A DNA stretch of 64,000 nucleotides, filler included, from Gonapodya sp. JEL0774 (Eukaryota): assembly GCA_027604505.1 (NCBI GenBank). It is 40 parts of 40 records of this genome, joined end to end, with 100 filler letters (N's around TTAATTAATTAA, not from the genome) between each part and the next. Parts side by side here need not be neighbours in the genome. Positions count along the whole stretch, not along the records: positions 1 to 1,517 come from JADIIX010003025.1; positions 1,618 to 3,134 come from JADIIX010003026.1; positions 3,235 to 4,750 come from JADIIX010003027.1; positions 4,851 to 6,365 come from JADIIX010003028.1; positions 6,466 to 7,979 come from JADIIX010003029.1; positions 8,080 to 9,592 come from JADIIX010003030.1; positions 9,693 to 11,205 come from JADIIX010003031.1; positions 11,306 to 12,818 come from JADIIX010003032.1; 32 more parts are not named here. The stretch is one strand, 5' to 3'. Position 1 is the stretch's first letter. The number at the start of each line of letters is the position of its first letter. The notes under the pieces were generated by a model, which saw only the letters and a list, made by a program, of their open reading frames with translations, had not been told where the DNA came from and did not search any database. The position numbers and the translations under genes are program-made. Below are positions 1 through 12,918 of this stretch, in pieces.

Positions 1-36
1 GACACCTATCCTACATTATCTTCACGCGTTGCGTCT

Positions 37-636
37 ATGACTGAGAAACAACGGCTCAATAACAGTCCCCTAGCAAACGCTATTCTTGACTGCCTCAACG
101 CACGGTTGGCAGCGGATTCAGATCCTATGACGTCGATCGAGTTGCCGGACCTGGATATCCAATTTCTGGATGTGGAGGAGGTGCGGCGAGTGGTCTTGTC
201 TGGGGATTCAGTCAAGGTGGAGGGTCAGGCGCATGTCGATGCAGGATCACTACCGCCTTGGAAGGAGCTCACTCTTACCGACTATGCAGACACGGGCTCC
301 ATTGAGACCATTGAGACATCCGATCCATTTCCACCTTCATCGTTCGCATTGCTGCATGCGTTAGCCTCGGCGTGTGCCGAGCAAGCTCCAGTCCCCGTTG
401 CGCCTTCGGCACATGAACCTGTGCAACAATCGCTCCATCCTCCACACGCCATCGAAACCACTCCACAGCTCCCGCTCCCGTTTTCCGACACTCCAACAGA
501 GTCTGCCCCTTTTGGAGGTGATCACGATCACAGTGTTTCGGAGTCAGGCTCTAACTATGTACACAAGCTCAAACGAGCAACTGCCGAACTTGGTCTTCCC
601 CCAAAGTACGCACTCAAGTTCTTGGATAGAGGATAG
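37..636 (+). CDS. Hypothetical protein fragment, possibly running into a dsRNA-binding-motif-like segment
   Basis: 199-aa ORF; the end (NYVHKLKRATAELGLPP) weakly resembles dsRBM helix 1; probable GTACG intron donor near 606. Confidence 0.3.
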   Translation: MTEKQRLNNSPLANAILDCLNARLAADSDPMTSIELPDLDIQFLDVEEVRRVVLSGDSVKVEGQAHVDAGSLPPWKELTLTDYADTGSIETIETSDPFPPSSFALLHALASACAEQAPVPVAPSAHEPVQQSLHPPHAIETTPQLPLPFSDTPTESAPFGGDHDHSVSESGSNYVHKLKRATAELGLPPKYALKFLDRG

Positions 637-1517
637 CTCTGGGTCAAGCACGTGCATATCTTAGTTTATACAGGGGTATCAGTCGCCATGTTGTCTGTAG
701 CATTTTATCCAAGGACATTTAACTGCTCGGTCTTCTCTTGCCTTCAATGAAAGGACATTCTAACGTTTTTGTTCGTATTGAGGTTGCAACTGTGCGCAGC
801 TGCGTCCCCAACAGGTTGGAATATAATCTGAGGAGTAATATACAGCCGGTATATGTTTTGCAATATGTTGGGACCTGTGCCCGCGCCACCACATGTTTTC
901 CAGGAACAGGACGTTCGTGAGACACCGAGACACAATCCGCTGAGCAAAATTGAAGCTACGAGGACGCGGCTCTACTTTCGTCAACTGCCTGCCGCCTCCT
1001 TTCTCTCCTTCCGCTCCTTCCCTCTCTTCGGACGTTCCCGATTGTGTCGCCGGGCACACTCGGTCAAGAATCTGCCCGCAAGCCTTTTGTCTGAAGAAAG
1101 TTTACTATCCATTACGGCCATACGACTAGTGTTTGATACACTTTGAGTCCCCGTACCCCTCGGACTGAACAAGGATTCGTTGTTGTTTGGGAACATGATG
1201 CGGACAAACGGAGAAAATTCCGGACAACTTCTTTCGATGCCGCTCTTTGGGACTTCAGAAGAATCTTCGGGGGCGCTGCAGCATGATGGTAGTGGACCCA
1301 GCATCGTGGTTGAGAATCCTGATGGGCTCGTGACGGACAGCCGGGACCTGCCTGAAGAAATGAACTCATTGATGCGGATAATGTCCTCTATTCCCGGAAG
1401 TCCAGCTTCGAGTTACTACTCGGCTGGAGACTCAGATGTTGAATCCGGAGTGGACCCTCGTCTCATTCAACCACCCAATAGTCACCGCAACCATCGCCGG
1501 AGCTTGAGCCATATTCC

Positions 1518-1617
1518 NNNNNNNNNNNNNNNNNNNNNNNNNNNNNNNNNNNNNNNNNNNNTTAATTAATTAANNNNNNNNNNNNNNNNNNNNNNNNNNN
1601 NNNNNNNNNNNNNNNNN
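1518..1617. other. Artificial contig linker (N44-TTAATTAATTAA-N44); first of 39 identical linkers recurring about every 1.6 kb up to 62574
   Basis: Identical 100-bp N-padded six-frame stop cassette between all fragments; fragment lengths decrease steadily (1517, 1517, 1516, 1515 ... 1491). Confidence 0.98.
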
Positions 1618-2223
1618 ACAAACACTAAATGTACTATACAATAATAAGAAATAACAAATGAACGACTATTCTGCACCATCATCAGCCCGTCCTTTCCCTC
1701 GATACTTCCTGTGCATGTGTTGGAGCTCTCCACAACGGAATTGCCCCGAATGTGGTCTGACTCTATCATGGAGATCAAATTAAATGAAAATACTCCTTCG
1801 TTTCATTTCCCGCGCCGTCATTGGGTCCGGCTTCCCGCCTTCAACCATGTGGATAATTACATAATGGGCACATTTCTAATGAAAACCCCTGGGTTTAGCA
1901 AGGAGAACATAATCTAACATACCTTCTTCGTCTTTGGGCGCGACTGGGGCGGATCTAGTTGCGTATTTGCAGACGCCGATGTCAAACTTTGCGTATCATT
2001 GGCTCACCCGACTTCATGTGCGTGCGTGCCCAGACACATACAACGAGATTGATTCTTTACCCTTTAAAGTCCCGGCTCAGTGCAAGCGAAGCAAGTGCAC
2101 CCAATACATTTTATGCAAATCAATTTACAGGTTGTATCAAATCAATGAAAAGAGTTATCACGCTCCGCACAAATCGTCTTTGGCCTCCCGACCAATTCTC
2201 CTATCATACAATGTGGTTGGTTT

Positions 2224-3134
2224 TCAAGCTGCAACCGACTGAGGCAAGACAACCGCTTCTGCATCCTGAATGTGGAACTTGCTAGTCGATGCCTTGTTGG
2301 CCCGCAGGAGCTTCGCGGAGCGAACTTGCTGGAGATACTCGTCGAACAAATCTGAGAGTGGTAGAAATGTGATAAGTAAACCTGTCGAACAACGCAGGAC
2401 ATTAGCACTTTCGGCACTTACAATCAGTGTCCTGCGGACCGGCACATGCTTCCGGGTGGAACTGAACACTCGCAAATGGAAACGTCGAGTGCCTGATGCC
2501 CTCATTACTTCCGTCGTTGGCATTGACAAAGTATCGCTCCCAACCCTTCGGGATGGACGCAGCATCGTCCTGGAGAGCGTACCCGTGGTTCTGGCTGGTA
2601 ATGACGCACGATCCCGTCGTCAAGTTGATGGCAGGTTGGTTGTGCCCACGGTTGCCAAAGGGAAGTTTGTACGACTTGAACCCAACAGCCATTCCCATCA
2701 TGAGGTTCCCCATGCAGATACCGAAGATGGGAGTGGGGATGTCCTTTCCAGACTCCTGCTGGATCAGGGCACGAAGGTTCACAACTGTCTCAGGGCAGGT
2801 GGACGGGTCCTGTTTAGGAAAAGAGGAGGCTTCCACGTCTGAGGATTTGCAGCAGGGAACACTTCGCATAACAAGAGTACTCACACCAGGTCCGTTGGAA
2901 TAGAAAACGCCGTCCCATTGGATGCTGTCCTTTGTGAAATCGTGCGTCAAAGGAAGAAGCGTGACCTCGGCACCGCGACTGGCCAAGCACCGAATGATGT
3001 TCTGCTTGGCACCCATGTCTGCAAGTAAAGTTCGGATTAGTTCTCTGTCCATGGTCATTTGTGATAGTGTGCAGCGAACGATGCTCACCGACGAGTGCAA
3101 TTTTGACGTCACCACCCTTGTTGTAGACAAGGGG
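2224..3134 (-). CDS. CPA1: Carbamoyl-phosphate synthase small (glutaminase) subunit, C-terminal part, intron-containing
   Basis: Motifs DMGAKQNIIRCL, SNGPG, PIFGICMG, GNRGHNQP, ITSQNHGYA, SVQFHPEA; ends in a short tail with stop at 2224, so it is a standalone subunit rather than URA2/CAD. Confidence 0.9.
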
Positions 3135-3234
3135 NNNNNNNNNNNNNNNNNNNNNNNNNNNNNNNNNNNNNNNNNNNNTTAATTAATTAANNNNNNNNNN
3201 NNNNNNNNNNNNNNNNNNNNNNNNNNNNNNNNNN

Positions 3235-4322
3235 GACGCCAGGATGTGTAAGAACGATTCCTGCCATGATTCTCACCCAAGCCGTTCAGGATAATGAGCC
3301 TATAAAAAGAAGCACAGCACTTTAAATAATCATTCTCCCTTCACTGATTTTGCCTCTCCCACTCACCTGGAAGATATTCAAGAATGTCCTGCTCACGGAC
3401 ATTGGTGTGGCGTTCTTCGAGAATATACCTAACCCTTCGAAATCGATGATCAGGCACACCTTTTCCTGCGGAGCTACACATGCTCGGAACGCTGCCTCTA
3501 AAGTTAGAACCGTGTATTGTATCTGCCGATCCCACGTGGTAGTATTTTGGAGTCCGGGACGCATCACAACGACTTTACGTTACGTCACGGGCAGCAAGCA
3601 TTTTAAGAAGGAGCACGCTAGGCCAGTTCCTGAAAAAGAAGAGCACCTACTTGCTCTGCCTTCCTTATCGAATCCATTTATGTAGAGCTTCCCTGTGACT
3701 GCTTCGGGTTCCAATTCACTTTTGAAGAAATATGGTCACTGTATGTGAGACCGCTACTGCACCACTCTGAGATGCTCCATCCGGCAACGAAGCTCACTCG
3801 AGTGAAAGTTCTTCCACCTTAAACTCGCGCCTCCATTTGAGAGTCTACAAAAGCAGTGGAGTTTCTGACCAGTCAAGTAATTGCCTCGAATATTTGTCGA
3901 TCGCAACAGATGAACTTCTGCTCACATCACCGAGACGCTTAGCCGCAGAATCAACCGACTCCCACTTTACTGCGCGAAGATACCTGCCGGCCAGAATCGG
4001 AGTCTTGAGAAACAGAGACACCTTTCGCGTGATATAACGTAAGTATTTGACCGACCGATGGAGACAGTGGTCATCACACCACGCCCGTTCCCGCTCACGA
4101 ATCTTCGGATCGTGATCACTGTGGTGGTAAACGCTACCGGTGAGCGATCGCGGAACATCGGGGAACTGAGCTATGAAGGTGGCAGCACCTGATTAGCTGC
4201 TCTCGCTTCTCTCGCAACTGAGCCAGCATCGTGGCCTGCGTAGGTGAGATGTCGGTGAGAGGATCAGGGGGTAGATCGAATACGGCGTCATCGGGCGGAA
4301 AGAGGAAGGGAGGAGTGGTCAT
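3235..4322 (-). CDS. CRAL-TRIO (Sec14/PDR16-like) lipid transfer protein, 5' part
   Basis: Exons read RYLRAVKW, LKWRREFKVEEL, EAVTGKLYINGFDKEGR, MRPGLQNT, KVCLIIDFEG, FLNIFQ|AHYPERLG. Confidence 0.85.
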
Positions 4323-4850
4323 TTAAATATTCTTTTCGCTTCATTCGGAGATGATTGCCCCGGATGAACTGGTTCATCCAGCGCACATTAATCACGCTGA
4401 ACTGCTTCGCCTGGACCTGCGTGTTGAATGAACATTGAGATTTACGAAGGGTAGTTTTCTATTTACGAAAAGCAACGGTATAAATTGGATTCATGAAGGG
4501 CTGATCAAACAACTATAAGTACTGTAAAAACCCCTCGACTAGTGAGCTTGCAACCAACAACAATATTCATCAATTGCTAGGAAACACAGAAGTCCTCGAC
4601 ACGTCCTGTAACTTAATGCCCTTCTCCTGGAGTGCCTGCTTCACTTGTGGTAAGTCCAGAAGACACCCAACTTTTGCGTCGAATTCCGCCATGTGTTCGA
4701 TAAACAACGCCTGGTCGTATACTGTCCCATTTTCATCGAATTTCATGCGANNNNNNNNNNNNNNNNNNNNNNNNNNNNNNNNNNNNNNNNNNNNTTAATT
4801 AATTAANNNNNNNNNNNNNNNNNNNNNNNNNNNNNNNNNNNNNNNNNNNN

Positions 4851-6365
4851 GTGGGAATTTTGAGGAATCAAGACTATGCGTTGCATTTGGGGTACGTCGG
4901 GGTAGTGTGCAAGCCGCCCAAGAAGGCTGGTAGTGAAGGTAGCGCCGGGACAGACGGAAGGGCTGTTGTCAATCGGGGACAATCCAGTGCTTCTTCCACT
5001 GGTGCCCTCGTTTCCACCAATTCGGACGACTACTTCCGCTCAGCGCCCGTCTTCTCCGCCCGTGATCTCTCGGTAGGCATGTCCTCCCTCCGACGGAAGC
5101 TCGTCACCGTATTGGAGTCGGTCATGTCTGCCAGTGTGACCCAGGTCGCCGATGCGGTGGAAAGGGAGCTCGAGGAGACAAATTATGCGTTCAAAGTGCA
5201 ATACGATGATCGGAGAGTAAGCGCGGAGAGCTACACCGCCGACGCCGTGGATGGCGTCAAAACGAGGTTCAAGGGCTTTGTGGCGGAATTTGGCAAAGCC
5301 GAAGTTCGCGAGACCGTCCGAAAGGCCCTGCAACGGCGAGTGCTCGACGTGTGCGCCCAAGTCTACTACGCCGAACCATCCACCACGATCAACGAGTTTC
5401 CCCGAAGTTGCGGAGACGACCCACACTGGAAAGCGAAGGTGGATCTCGGTTCAAGTGCCCTGACCAAGAGTGGGGTGGGCAGGTTGACGACTCAGTTGGT
5501 GGTGGATACGTTACAGAGGACGGTGGAGGATATTACGGCGCAGGAACCGTTCGTGTATCACCCCGAGGCGAGGAAGAAGGTTATGGATTTTGCACAAGGA
5601 TTGGTCAGAGCCAAATTTCACTCGACGGTGGATCAGGTGAGTGTGGGGCTTGACTGCCGGTGCTGTTGAGACCGATGAGGGACACCTCTCGTTTCGTGTT
5701 CGTTTGGAGTTCGTTCCTCGTCCTCGAGAGCGTTCTAGTTGGCAGGGTCTGCTCTGTTCCCTTTGAACTTAACTCGTTCTTTCCTCTGTACCCCGCTCAC
5801 ATTGACCCCACCCGATCCAGGTCGAGAACAACATCAAACCTTACAAGTTCGAAGTTGATGTATCCCAATCCGAATGGACCGACGCCACCGCCCGCGCTGT
5901 GACTAGCCTCGAAGACCAACTCAAGGACAAGACCGCCATGCTGCAGTCTATCAAGAGCCAGGTGGGGCGAAGGAGGTTGAGAATGGCAATGACACATTTG
6001 GAGAACCAGGCAAGGCAGGAAAGGGCAAGAGTGGAGGCGGCTAGGAAGGAGAGGGAGAGAGCACCCGTACCGTTGAGTTTAACACCAGTGGATGGCGTGG
6101 GTGCTGCTGTACAGAAACCCACGGAGTCGTCTTGGTGGACAAGAATCTTAGGCGGAGAGGGATCGGTGGTGCCTAAAACAGTATCCGCCGAGGGAGTGGC
6201 AGATGGTGTGACCCCAAAAGCAGAAGAGTTGGCGCCCGCTGCTTCAATTCAGCGGGCATCGGAGGATGCTTCACCCCGGATCAACCCCCTCCTTCTGGAA
6301 AAGGCGCGAGAAGCTCTTTCGCTGCGCCAACAAACTACTATCCTCAAATCGCGCCTTCAATTCCT
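4851..6365 (+). CDS. MGM1: Mitochondrial dynamin-like GTPase Mgm1 (OPA1 family), internal fragment
   Basis: YALHLGYVGVV, SGVGRLTTQLVV, FHSTVDQ|VENNIKPYKFEVDV; intron at about 5637-5820. Confidence 0.85.
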
Positions 6366-7531
6366 NNNNNNNNNNNNNNNNNNNNNNNNNNNNNNNNNNN
6401 NNNNNNNNNTTAATTAATTAANNNNNNNNNNNNNNNNNNNNNNNNNNNNNNNNNNNNNNNNNNNNACACCACAACCAAAAAGAAGGCAGGCACAATCGCG
6501 CGAATGCCCGACCCTGATATAGAGCACAGAGCACTGCAACCTGTCGAACGGAGCAGGAGAAGTTCCATGAATTGAAATGGAATTGCATGAGACTGCTTGG
6601 ACTCCTGCAACTCCGACTCCGACGGGGCAGACTGCCCTCGAACCTCCCGACAATTGTAGGCAGCCCAACAAGGGTATCAAAACCGGTGGATAAATCTATT
6701 TGAAATGCTATGAGCAATACACATATGTCATTGATCCGACAAATCTCTGTATTCGCTCAGGAGCTTCTAGCTCTTTTATGATTGTGCGCGTCGCGAACAA
6801 TGTACATGTTCCGGCACTGTCGAACCAACTGTAACGTGTTTGAAACCCCTCACAAATCGATGCGGTTTGGATATCATCTCGCTTCACCATGCTTTTCTGA
6901 GCGATTTACATGCTCCCTTTCCGCATAGACTTTTGCCGGTCAAAGTGCGAGTCCGATGATCAGCCCCTCGCCGACTACCACACCATGATTGCGGAAGACT
7001 GCGGATCACACCGAGCAAAGGAACAACGGCACATATATTCTCAAAACTATTGTTACTTGGTACATACATGATACCACGACGTGCAAAGACATTTTGAGAT
7101 GGAGACGCAGACCGCGACCACGTATCAGAACTTCTCAAAATAGAATGTGGAATAATTGATTTTCTGTGTCCGCCAGGTTGTTGTGGTCCCTCATCCCTTC
7201 ACTTTCGAGGGGAGTGATCTCGCCCTATTATCCCCCGAAAAAGCATTCGCGGTTCTTTGTTGCATTTTAGACTTTCCATAATTTTAATTAATCTTGAGCT
7301 CACGTTCGTGGCGAGAAGTCTCCTGCGAAAGAAACGCAAGAGCGGACTTGTTACATGCGCGCACGGTTTTACGACGAAGCAACATACAACATTTTACCAA
7401 AGGTCTGGAGTACACAAAAATGGATTGGGGGCGCTAGTAACCATCAGCAACAGCACTGCACGGACTGTATATCTTGACCTCAGTGGTCGGAAAAAAATTC
7501 CACATTATGGTATATCAATTCACGTTGCAAC

Positions 7532-7979
7532 TCACTTCCCCCATCTGACCACTTTCACCTCCACACCCCCTTTCGGTCCCATCTCCCTCCCACCAACCGT
7601 GTACCTTCCGAAAGCACCCGCCACCCCTTCACCACCCCCGATCTCTCTCCTCTCCCCCCATTTTGAAGCCTTCTCGTCATCGATGAGGTACATATCGTGG
7701 GATGTAAAGAGAGATGAGAGGATGATGGTAAGCGTATGAATGGAAAGGTCACGGGCGGGACAGGTGCGCGGGCCTGTGGAGAAGGACTGTGGGGCGGGTG
7801 TGGAGATTGCAATGCGCACACTAGGTCAGCATTATGACATTGAGCCCGGCCTAGCCTCAGGACACATAACCACACCACAAGTTTTGATTTTTTGGTTTCC
7901 CCTTTCAAATCGAGCCTGCAACTTATTCCAACCCACCTGAACCCCGGTTTTCTTCCTCTCTTCTCCGTCCCACCTCTCC
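7532..7979 (-). CDS. Cytochrome P450, C-terminal fragment
   Basis: ERW (PERF-like) exon at 7938-7979 and heme-binding motif FSTGPRTCPA in the final exon; stop at 7532. Confidence 0.75.
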
Positions 7980-8513
7980 NNNNNNNNNNNNNNNNNNNNN
8001 NNNNNNNNNNNNNNNNNNNNNNNTTAATTAATTAANNNNNNNNNNNNNNNNNNNNNNNNNNNNNNNNNNNNNNNNNNNNGGAGACCAAGTACTGTAAGTT
8101 CTTTTTGAAATGAGATGTTGCGTTCATGTTTCAAGGTTCACATTGACGGCAGACTATTACCTACTTCGGAGATAGTTCAGACAAACGAGCAAAAATCTTC
8201 TTTTTACGCCGCGCTTCCTACACAACAAGCTCCAAACTTGGTGACTTGTCAAAAGTCGCAGTGTTTCTGAAGTTTATCTGATGTTCTCGGATGGCCCAAT
8301 ACAAAGTCCCAAAAAAGTAAAGGACGTCCTCTGACTCTCCAAAATTGTGGAATTTAGAGCGACTACTTATAAACCAATAGGTTTATTGTTTTATTGTTTT
8401 GACTTGTTCATAAGGTCACAACTTCCCACCAACGTGGTCTCAAGCACGTGCAAACATACCTTCCTGCTCCGGCGTTTCACCTCCCAGGGAAAATTTCTTT
8501 TCATTTTCCTTCG

Positions 8514-9592
8514 ATGGCGCTTCCTCGCCCCCGCCTTGGACCTTGGGGCCTGTCCATCGCCATTCTTTTGGCTTTCGCGGTTGTGCCCTTGGCATGGGGG
8601 ACACCCTCACTCGACAGGCCAATCTGCCCAACCGGGGTTTTCAACGCCAGCAGAGACTATTTTCCGATCAAAGTCAAGCCTGGTGCGTCTTCGAATCCGG
8701 ATCGCTGCCGTCTATCCTTGTTACCTGATGATGCGACCCTGGTGATTCAAAAACGCCGAACGATATGAAGAGCGATCCTCTTTCTGGAACATCAGCTACC
8801 ATCGGAGCTACAAAGTGATCACCAACACGCTTGTGAACGAGACCTATGTACTCTGTGAGCCATCGCTGCCACTTTGTCTCCATGTGACGTTCGCTTATAT
8901 TTATCGCACCATAAAATAATACCTCCAGACATGTGCAATTCTCCACCGCCCGCCGACCCCTCGATTCCAACAACCGCTCAATTCTACTCCATTCCAGCCT
9001 TCCTCACGGCAACCACCAGCCGAACCCTCCCCCGTTTCCTCGAACGCCTGTCCCTCCGCGAACGTATCCGATACGTACCGTCCACCTCATTCCTCACCTC
9101 GCCATGTCTTCAACTCCTTGCCCTGAGGAACTTTACACTACCGATTGGTCAGAGTGGGTGGAACGAGTCGGAGGTGGACGTCGCGTTCGGTACGAGCAGA
9201 GATGATTTGGTGGCAGCGGCGCCTGCGGGGAGGAAGAATAACTCCGTTGGAGTCGTAGTGAGTATTGCTGCTTTGGGGGCGGTAATGTGGTCATGATATT
9301 GTCAATACGGAGAGGTTCAAGTGCGAGGATATAATATAGCGGCTACCTTGATGGCCTTTTAGCTGGCAGATGCACCCGATTGCTCTCTACCACATTTTCT
9401 TTTGCCTTTTCTTTAGATTTCCGCCTCGTCAGAACCCCACCCTCTCGCCGCCCTCGAATGGCTCAAACCCATCTCCGCCTTCTTTAACGCCGAGTCCACT
9501 GCCAATTCTGTGTTCAGCACCGCAAGTTCACTATATGTATGTAACGCGCAAGGAGCATCCAAGGCCGCTGCCGCGACTGTGCAACTCCTTGG
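8514..9592 (+). CDS. Secreted periplasmic-binding-protein-like protein (CBA1/BtuF-like, putative cobalamin binding), 5' part
   Basis: Signal peptide MALPRPRLGPWGLSIAILLAFAVVPLAWG; exons DYFPIKV, FWNISYHRSYKVITNTLVNETYVLY|MCNSPPP, LTSPCLQ, SEPHPLAALEWLKPISAFFNAESTANSVF..YVC. Confidence 0.7.
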
Positions 9593-9692
9593 NNNNNNNN
9601 NNNNNNNNNNNNNNNNNNNNNNNNNNNNNNNNNNNNTTAATTAATTAANNNNNNNNNNNNNNNNNNNNNNNNNNNNNNNNNNNNNNNNNNNN

Positions 9693-11124
9693 AAGCGCCG
9701 ATGGCCTCTACCACCGCGACTTGGAGCTCGTCTTCAGAATCAGATGTGCTGGGTTCTTTCATCAAAGCACGTGCTGCGTCATCGACGATGGGTTGCCCGA
9801 CGTACTCCCTGTCACTCTCCTCGTCGGATATCTCAAGATCAGTCTCAAATACTGAGTCATCGTACCCAGAAACGTGAACGTGGAGGTACGGTGGAGCGGA
9901 TTCTCCTGAAGTGCTGGCGGTCACCAAAGCGGTGGATGGTTGGATGTGCAGTGGTACAGAGGAGATCGGAGACCCCATCGGCGTGCTTATACTGCTAGGA
10001 GTTGGCGAGCTTCCGGTTATCGTTGTGGCCCATGAGTAGGGTGAGATCGGTGTAGAAGGCGACGACGGAGCAGAAGGGGGTGGCGAGGTGAACTTAATGT
10101 GAGAAGCGGAATGGTGGCGAGGTGAGGTGTGACGGAGAGTTCGCTGGCTGAGAAGTGGGAGGTGATTTGTTGGGGCCTGAGTGGAAGGAGGTGGAGAGGG
10201 AGCTTCTGCAGCCGAAGCGACGGTGGAATTTCTACTGTGTGACGGAGATGTGAAGAAATCGTGCCACGATCGAGGTCGCATTGGAGCAGCGAAAGGTGGA
10301 AGAGGGCGGGTCGGGGTGGTGTTGGGCGATCCTGGGCGGGAGAGGGGGTTCCAGACCCGAGGTAGGCTGAAGGAAGGGTCCATGAAGGAGGAACGACGAG
10401 GAGTAGGGCGAGTCGGTGGAGGACGAGGGAGTGAGGTCGTGTTTGGAGAGAAGAATGATGTTGCGCGGAGAACTGGTGTCGTGGGCGTGCTGGAAGGAGG
10501 AGTTGGCGAGGGAGAAGGGGAAGGAGGGCGAGACCTGCGCCCGATAGAAAGAAGGGGTGCTGTAAAGCCGGCGAGAAACTGCGACACCGGACGTTGCCGA
10601 CTTTCCGATCGGTGTTGTACATAGGAAGGTGTCCGCGGGCGGAGAAACGACATAGAGTGTCGGTGATTGGGAGCCGAGCCCGTAGAATACTCCTCGGAAA
10701 CTGATATACGAGGAGGACGTAGGGTGGAGGAGGAAGGTCGGGGTGTAGGGGAGGGAGACGTCACATCCCGAGCTGTGGCCGTAGATGAGTCCGTAAATGA
10801 GTGAGTCGGCTTCCTTTTGCTGTTTCCTCGTCCTGACCGCGACAGAGAGGGAAATGTGAAATTCACAAGACTTGGAAGAGCGAATGAATTGCGGCGAGAT
10901 CGCGACTGGCGCTCAGGAGGTGAGGAGTCACCGAAATAGTACGCATCTGGTGTTGGAGACACCGCCGTTCCCCGGACGGTCGCAAAAGATGCACGTGGGG
11001 ATATGACTGTCGGAGTTATCGAGTGTGGTGGAGAGTGCGGTGTTGGGGACAGAAATGCACGTGATAATCCATCGTGAGCGCCGCGTTTGTCTGGTGAGTT
11101 TTGGTGCAGCATTCCATCGTCCAC
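9693..11124 (-). CDS. Ser/Pro/Thr-rich low-complexity hypothetical protein fragment
   Basis: Uninterrupted ORF of about 480 aa with no recognisable domain. Confidence 0.55.
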
Positions 11125-11305
11125 AACCGGGTCCTTGTCCTCGTGCAGAGTTATCTGCGGCGCCTCCGGTTTGTTTCGCGAGATTGTACGCGCAACGGAC
11201 CGGAANNNNNNNNNNNNNNNNNNNNNNNNNNNNNNNNNNNNNNNNNNNNTTAATTAATTAANNNNNNNNNNNNNNNNNNNNNNNNNNNNNNNNNNNNNNN
11301 NNNNN

Positions 11306-12818
11306 GGGGCCAACCCGAACGCGCGCAAGTCCGTCACATTGACATGCAAGATTGGATGGGGTACAAAAACGGACACTATGGACTGCGAATCAGCGTTGGC
11401 GCTGGGGATTATGCATGCGAATGAGGACGTGGTCAAGGCGTTGCTGGAAGGAGGCGCTGATCCGAATGGGGTGTGTGAATGGAAACTTGCGTACTACAGT
11501 GCCCGGATGGGTCCGTGGAATGCGGACAAATGGGACTGGGAGCGTTGGATTGCAACCTATTTGTTCCCTTCTGCCCTGACGCTGGCGGTGGCGAGGGGGG
11601 GGATGTGGACAACGGGTGACGGCGGAACACAAGAATTACCCTATATCGCTCCCAACAAACTCGACATCAATCACAAGGGGGGAAACGTCCTGTTGATTGA
11701 TCCCAAAGAGGCCAAGGACATCCGCATCATCTTCACTCTTCGCCCTTCCCTCCCCATCGTCCGCCTCCTCCTCTCTCACGGGGCTGTGGTCACCCAGAGA
11801 GAACTGGATGCCGCTCGCAAATGGCCTGATGGACGTTTCTTGCAGACACTCCAACACCATCAATCCCACCCTCCCACTTCAGCCCGATCCCGCTCCCAAC
11901 CTTCTTCTCCACCTACCACAGTGCCTTCCGCATCTTCTCAGCCCACTGAAGCCCTTCTCACTCTCCTCACCAACAAAGATCGTGAAATTAGGGACCTACG
12001 TGCAGAGTTGGATCAATTCAAGGCTCAGGTTCAGGAGCTTTCTGTGAGGACGGCAAAAGCTGAAAGTAAGGCAGAGGAATTGCAGAGGAGGAACTTAGAC
12101 ATTGAAGCAAGGAATACGACTCTGGAATCAGCAAACCAGGACCTCCAGTATGAAAACCGCACTCTCTCCACAGAAAACCGCACCCTCTCCACCAAAATCG
12201 CAACCCTGGAACGTGAGATTGGGACCCTCCGCACCCAACTAGTGTCCCTCCCACCTTCTCCGCAACCTCGTGAACCCCAGCCACCCCGCACAGTTCAGCG
12301 GCTCATGTACGCCGTCACAGACTTTGAAGCACAGGACACGGATGAATTGAACATCACAGTGGGCGATGCCATTTTTGTGAACTTGGAGTTTGCGGATGGG
12401 TGGGGATCTGTGAGTGCATGTTGTTTGCCATCTTCATACCGTTTGTCAATAATCCTACCACTGATCATTAACCGCCATACACTTCCCATTCATTAAGGGC
12501 CTCAACACCAGAACAAGCACCTTGGGTGCCTTCCCCATGGCATGCGTCAGCGACACCCGAGACCCACCTGTCCCCTCCAGACTCCCACGCAACCCACCCT
12601 CCTTCACCCTCCGTTACGACTCCCGCCTCAACCTCGGCCCCACTCCTCCCCCCTCCAACCCGTTCTGCCCCGTCCCCACCGCACCGCCAATGACATCCCA
12701 GTACTATGGCGACGTTGCTGGCCCGCCACAAAGGTCCATGTACCCCACCGGACCGTCGCCACCACCTTCAGGCACGTGGCCCGTGCGGGGTGTGGAATCA
12801 AGAGGCGGTGGGTTCAAT
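11306..12818 (+). CDS. Ankyrin-repeat / coiled-coil / SH3 protein fragment
   Basis: GANPNA...ESALALGIMHANEDVVKALLEGGADPN (ankyrin), heptad region, SH3 YAVTDFEAQDTDELNITVGDAIFVNLEFADGWGS|GLNTRTSTLGAFP with intron at about 12410-12497. Confidence 0.8.
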
Positions 12819-12918
12819 NNNNNNNNNNNNNNNNNNNNNNNNNNNNNNNNNNNNNNNNNNNNTTAATTAATTAANNNNNNNNNNNNNNNNNNNNNNNNNN
12901 NNNNNNNNNNNNNNNNNN

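Noticed and set aside
2224..3134. Arginine attenuator uORF of CPA1
   Set aside because: The 5' leader lies outside the contig and cannot be assessed
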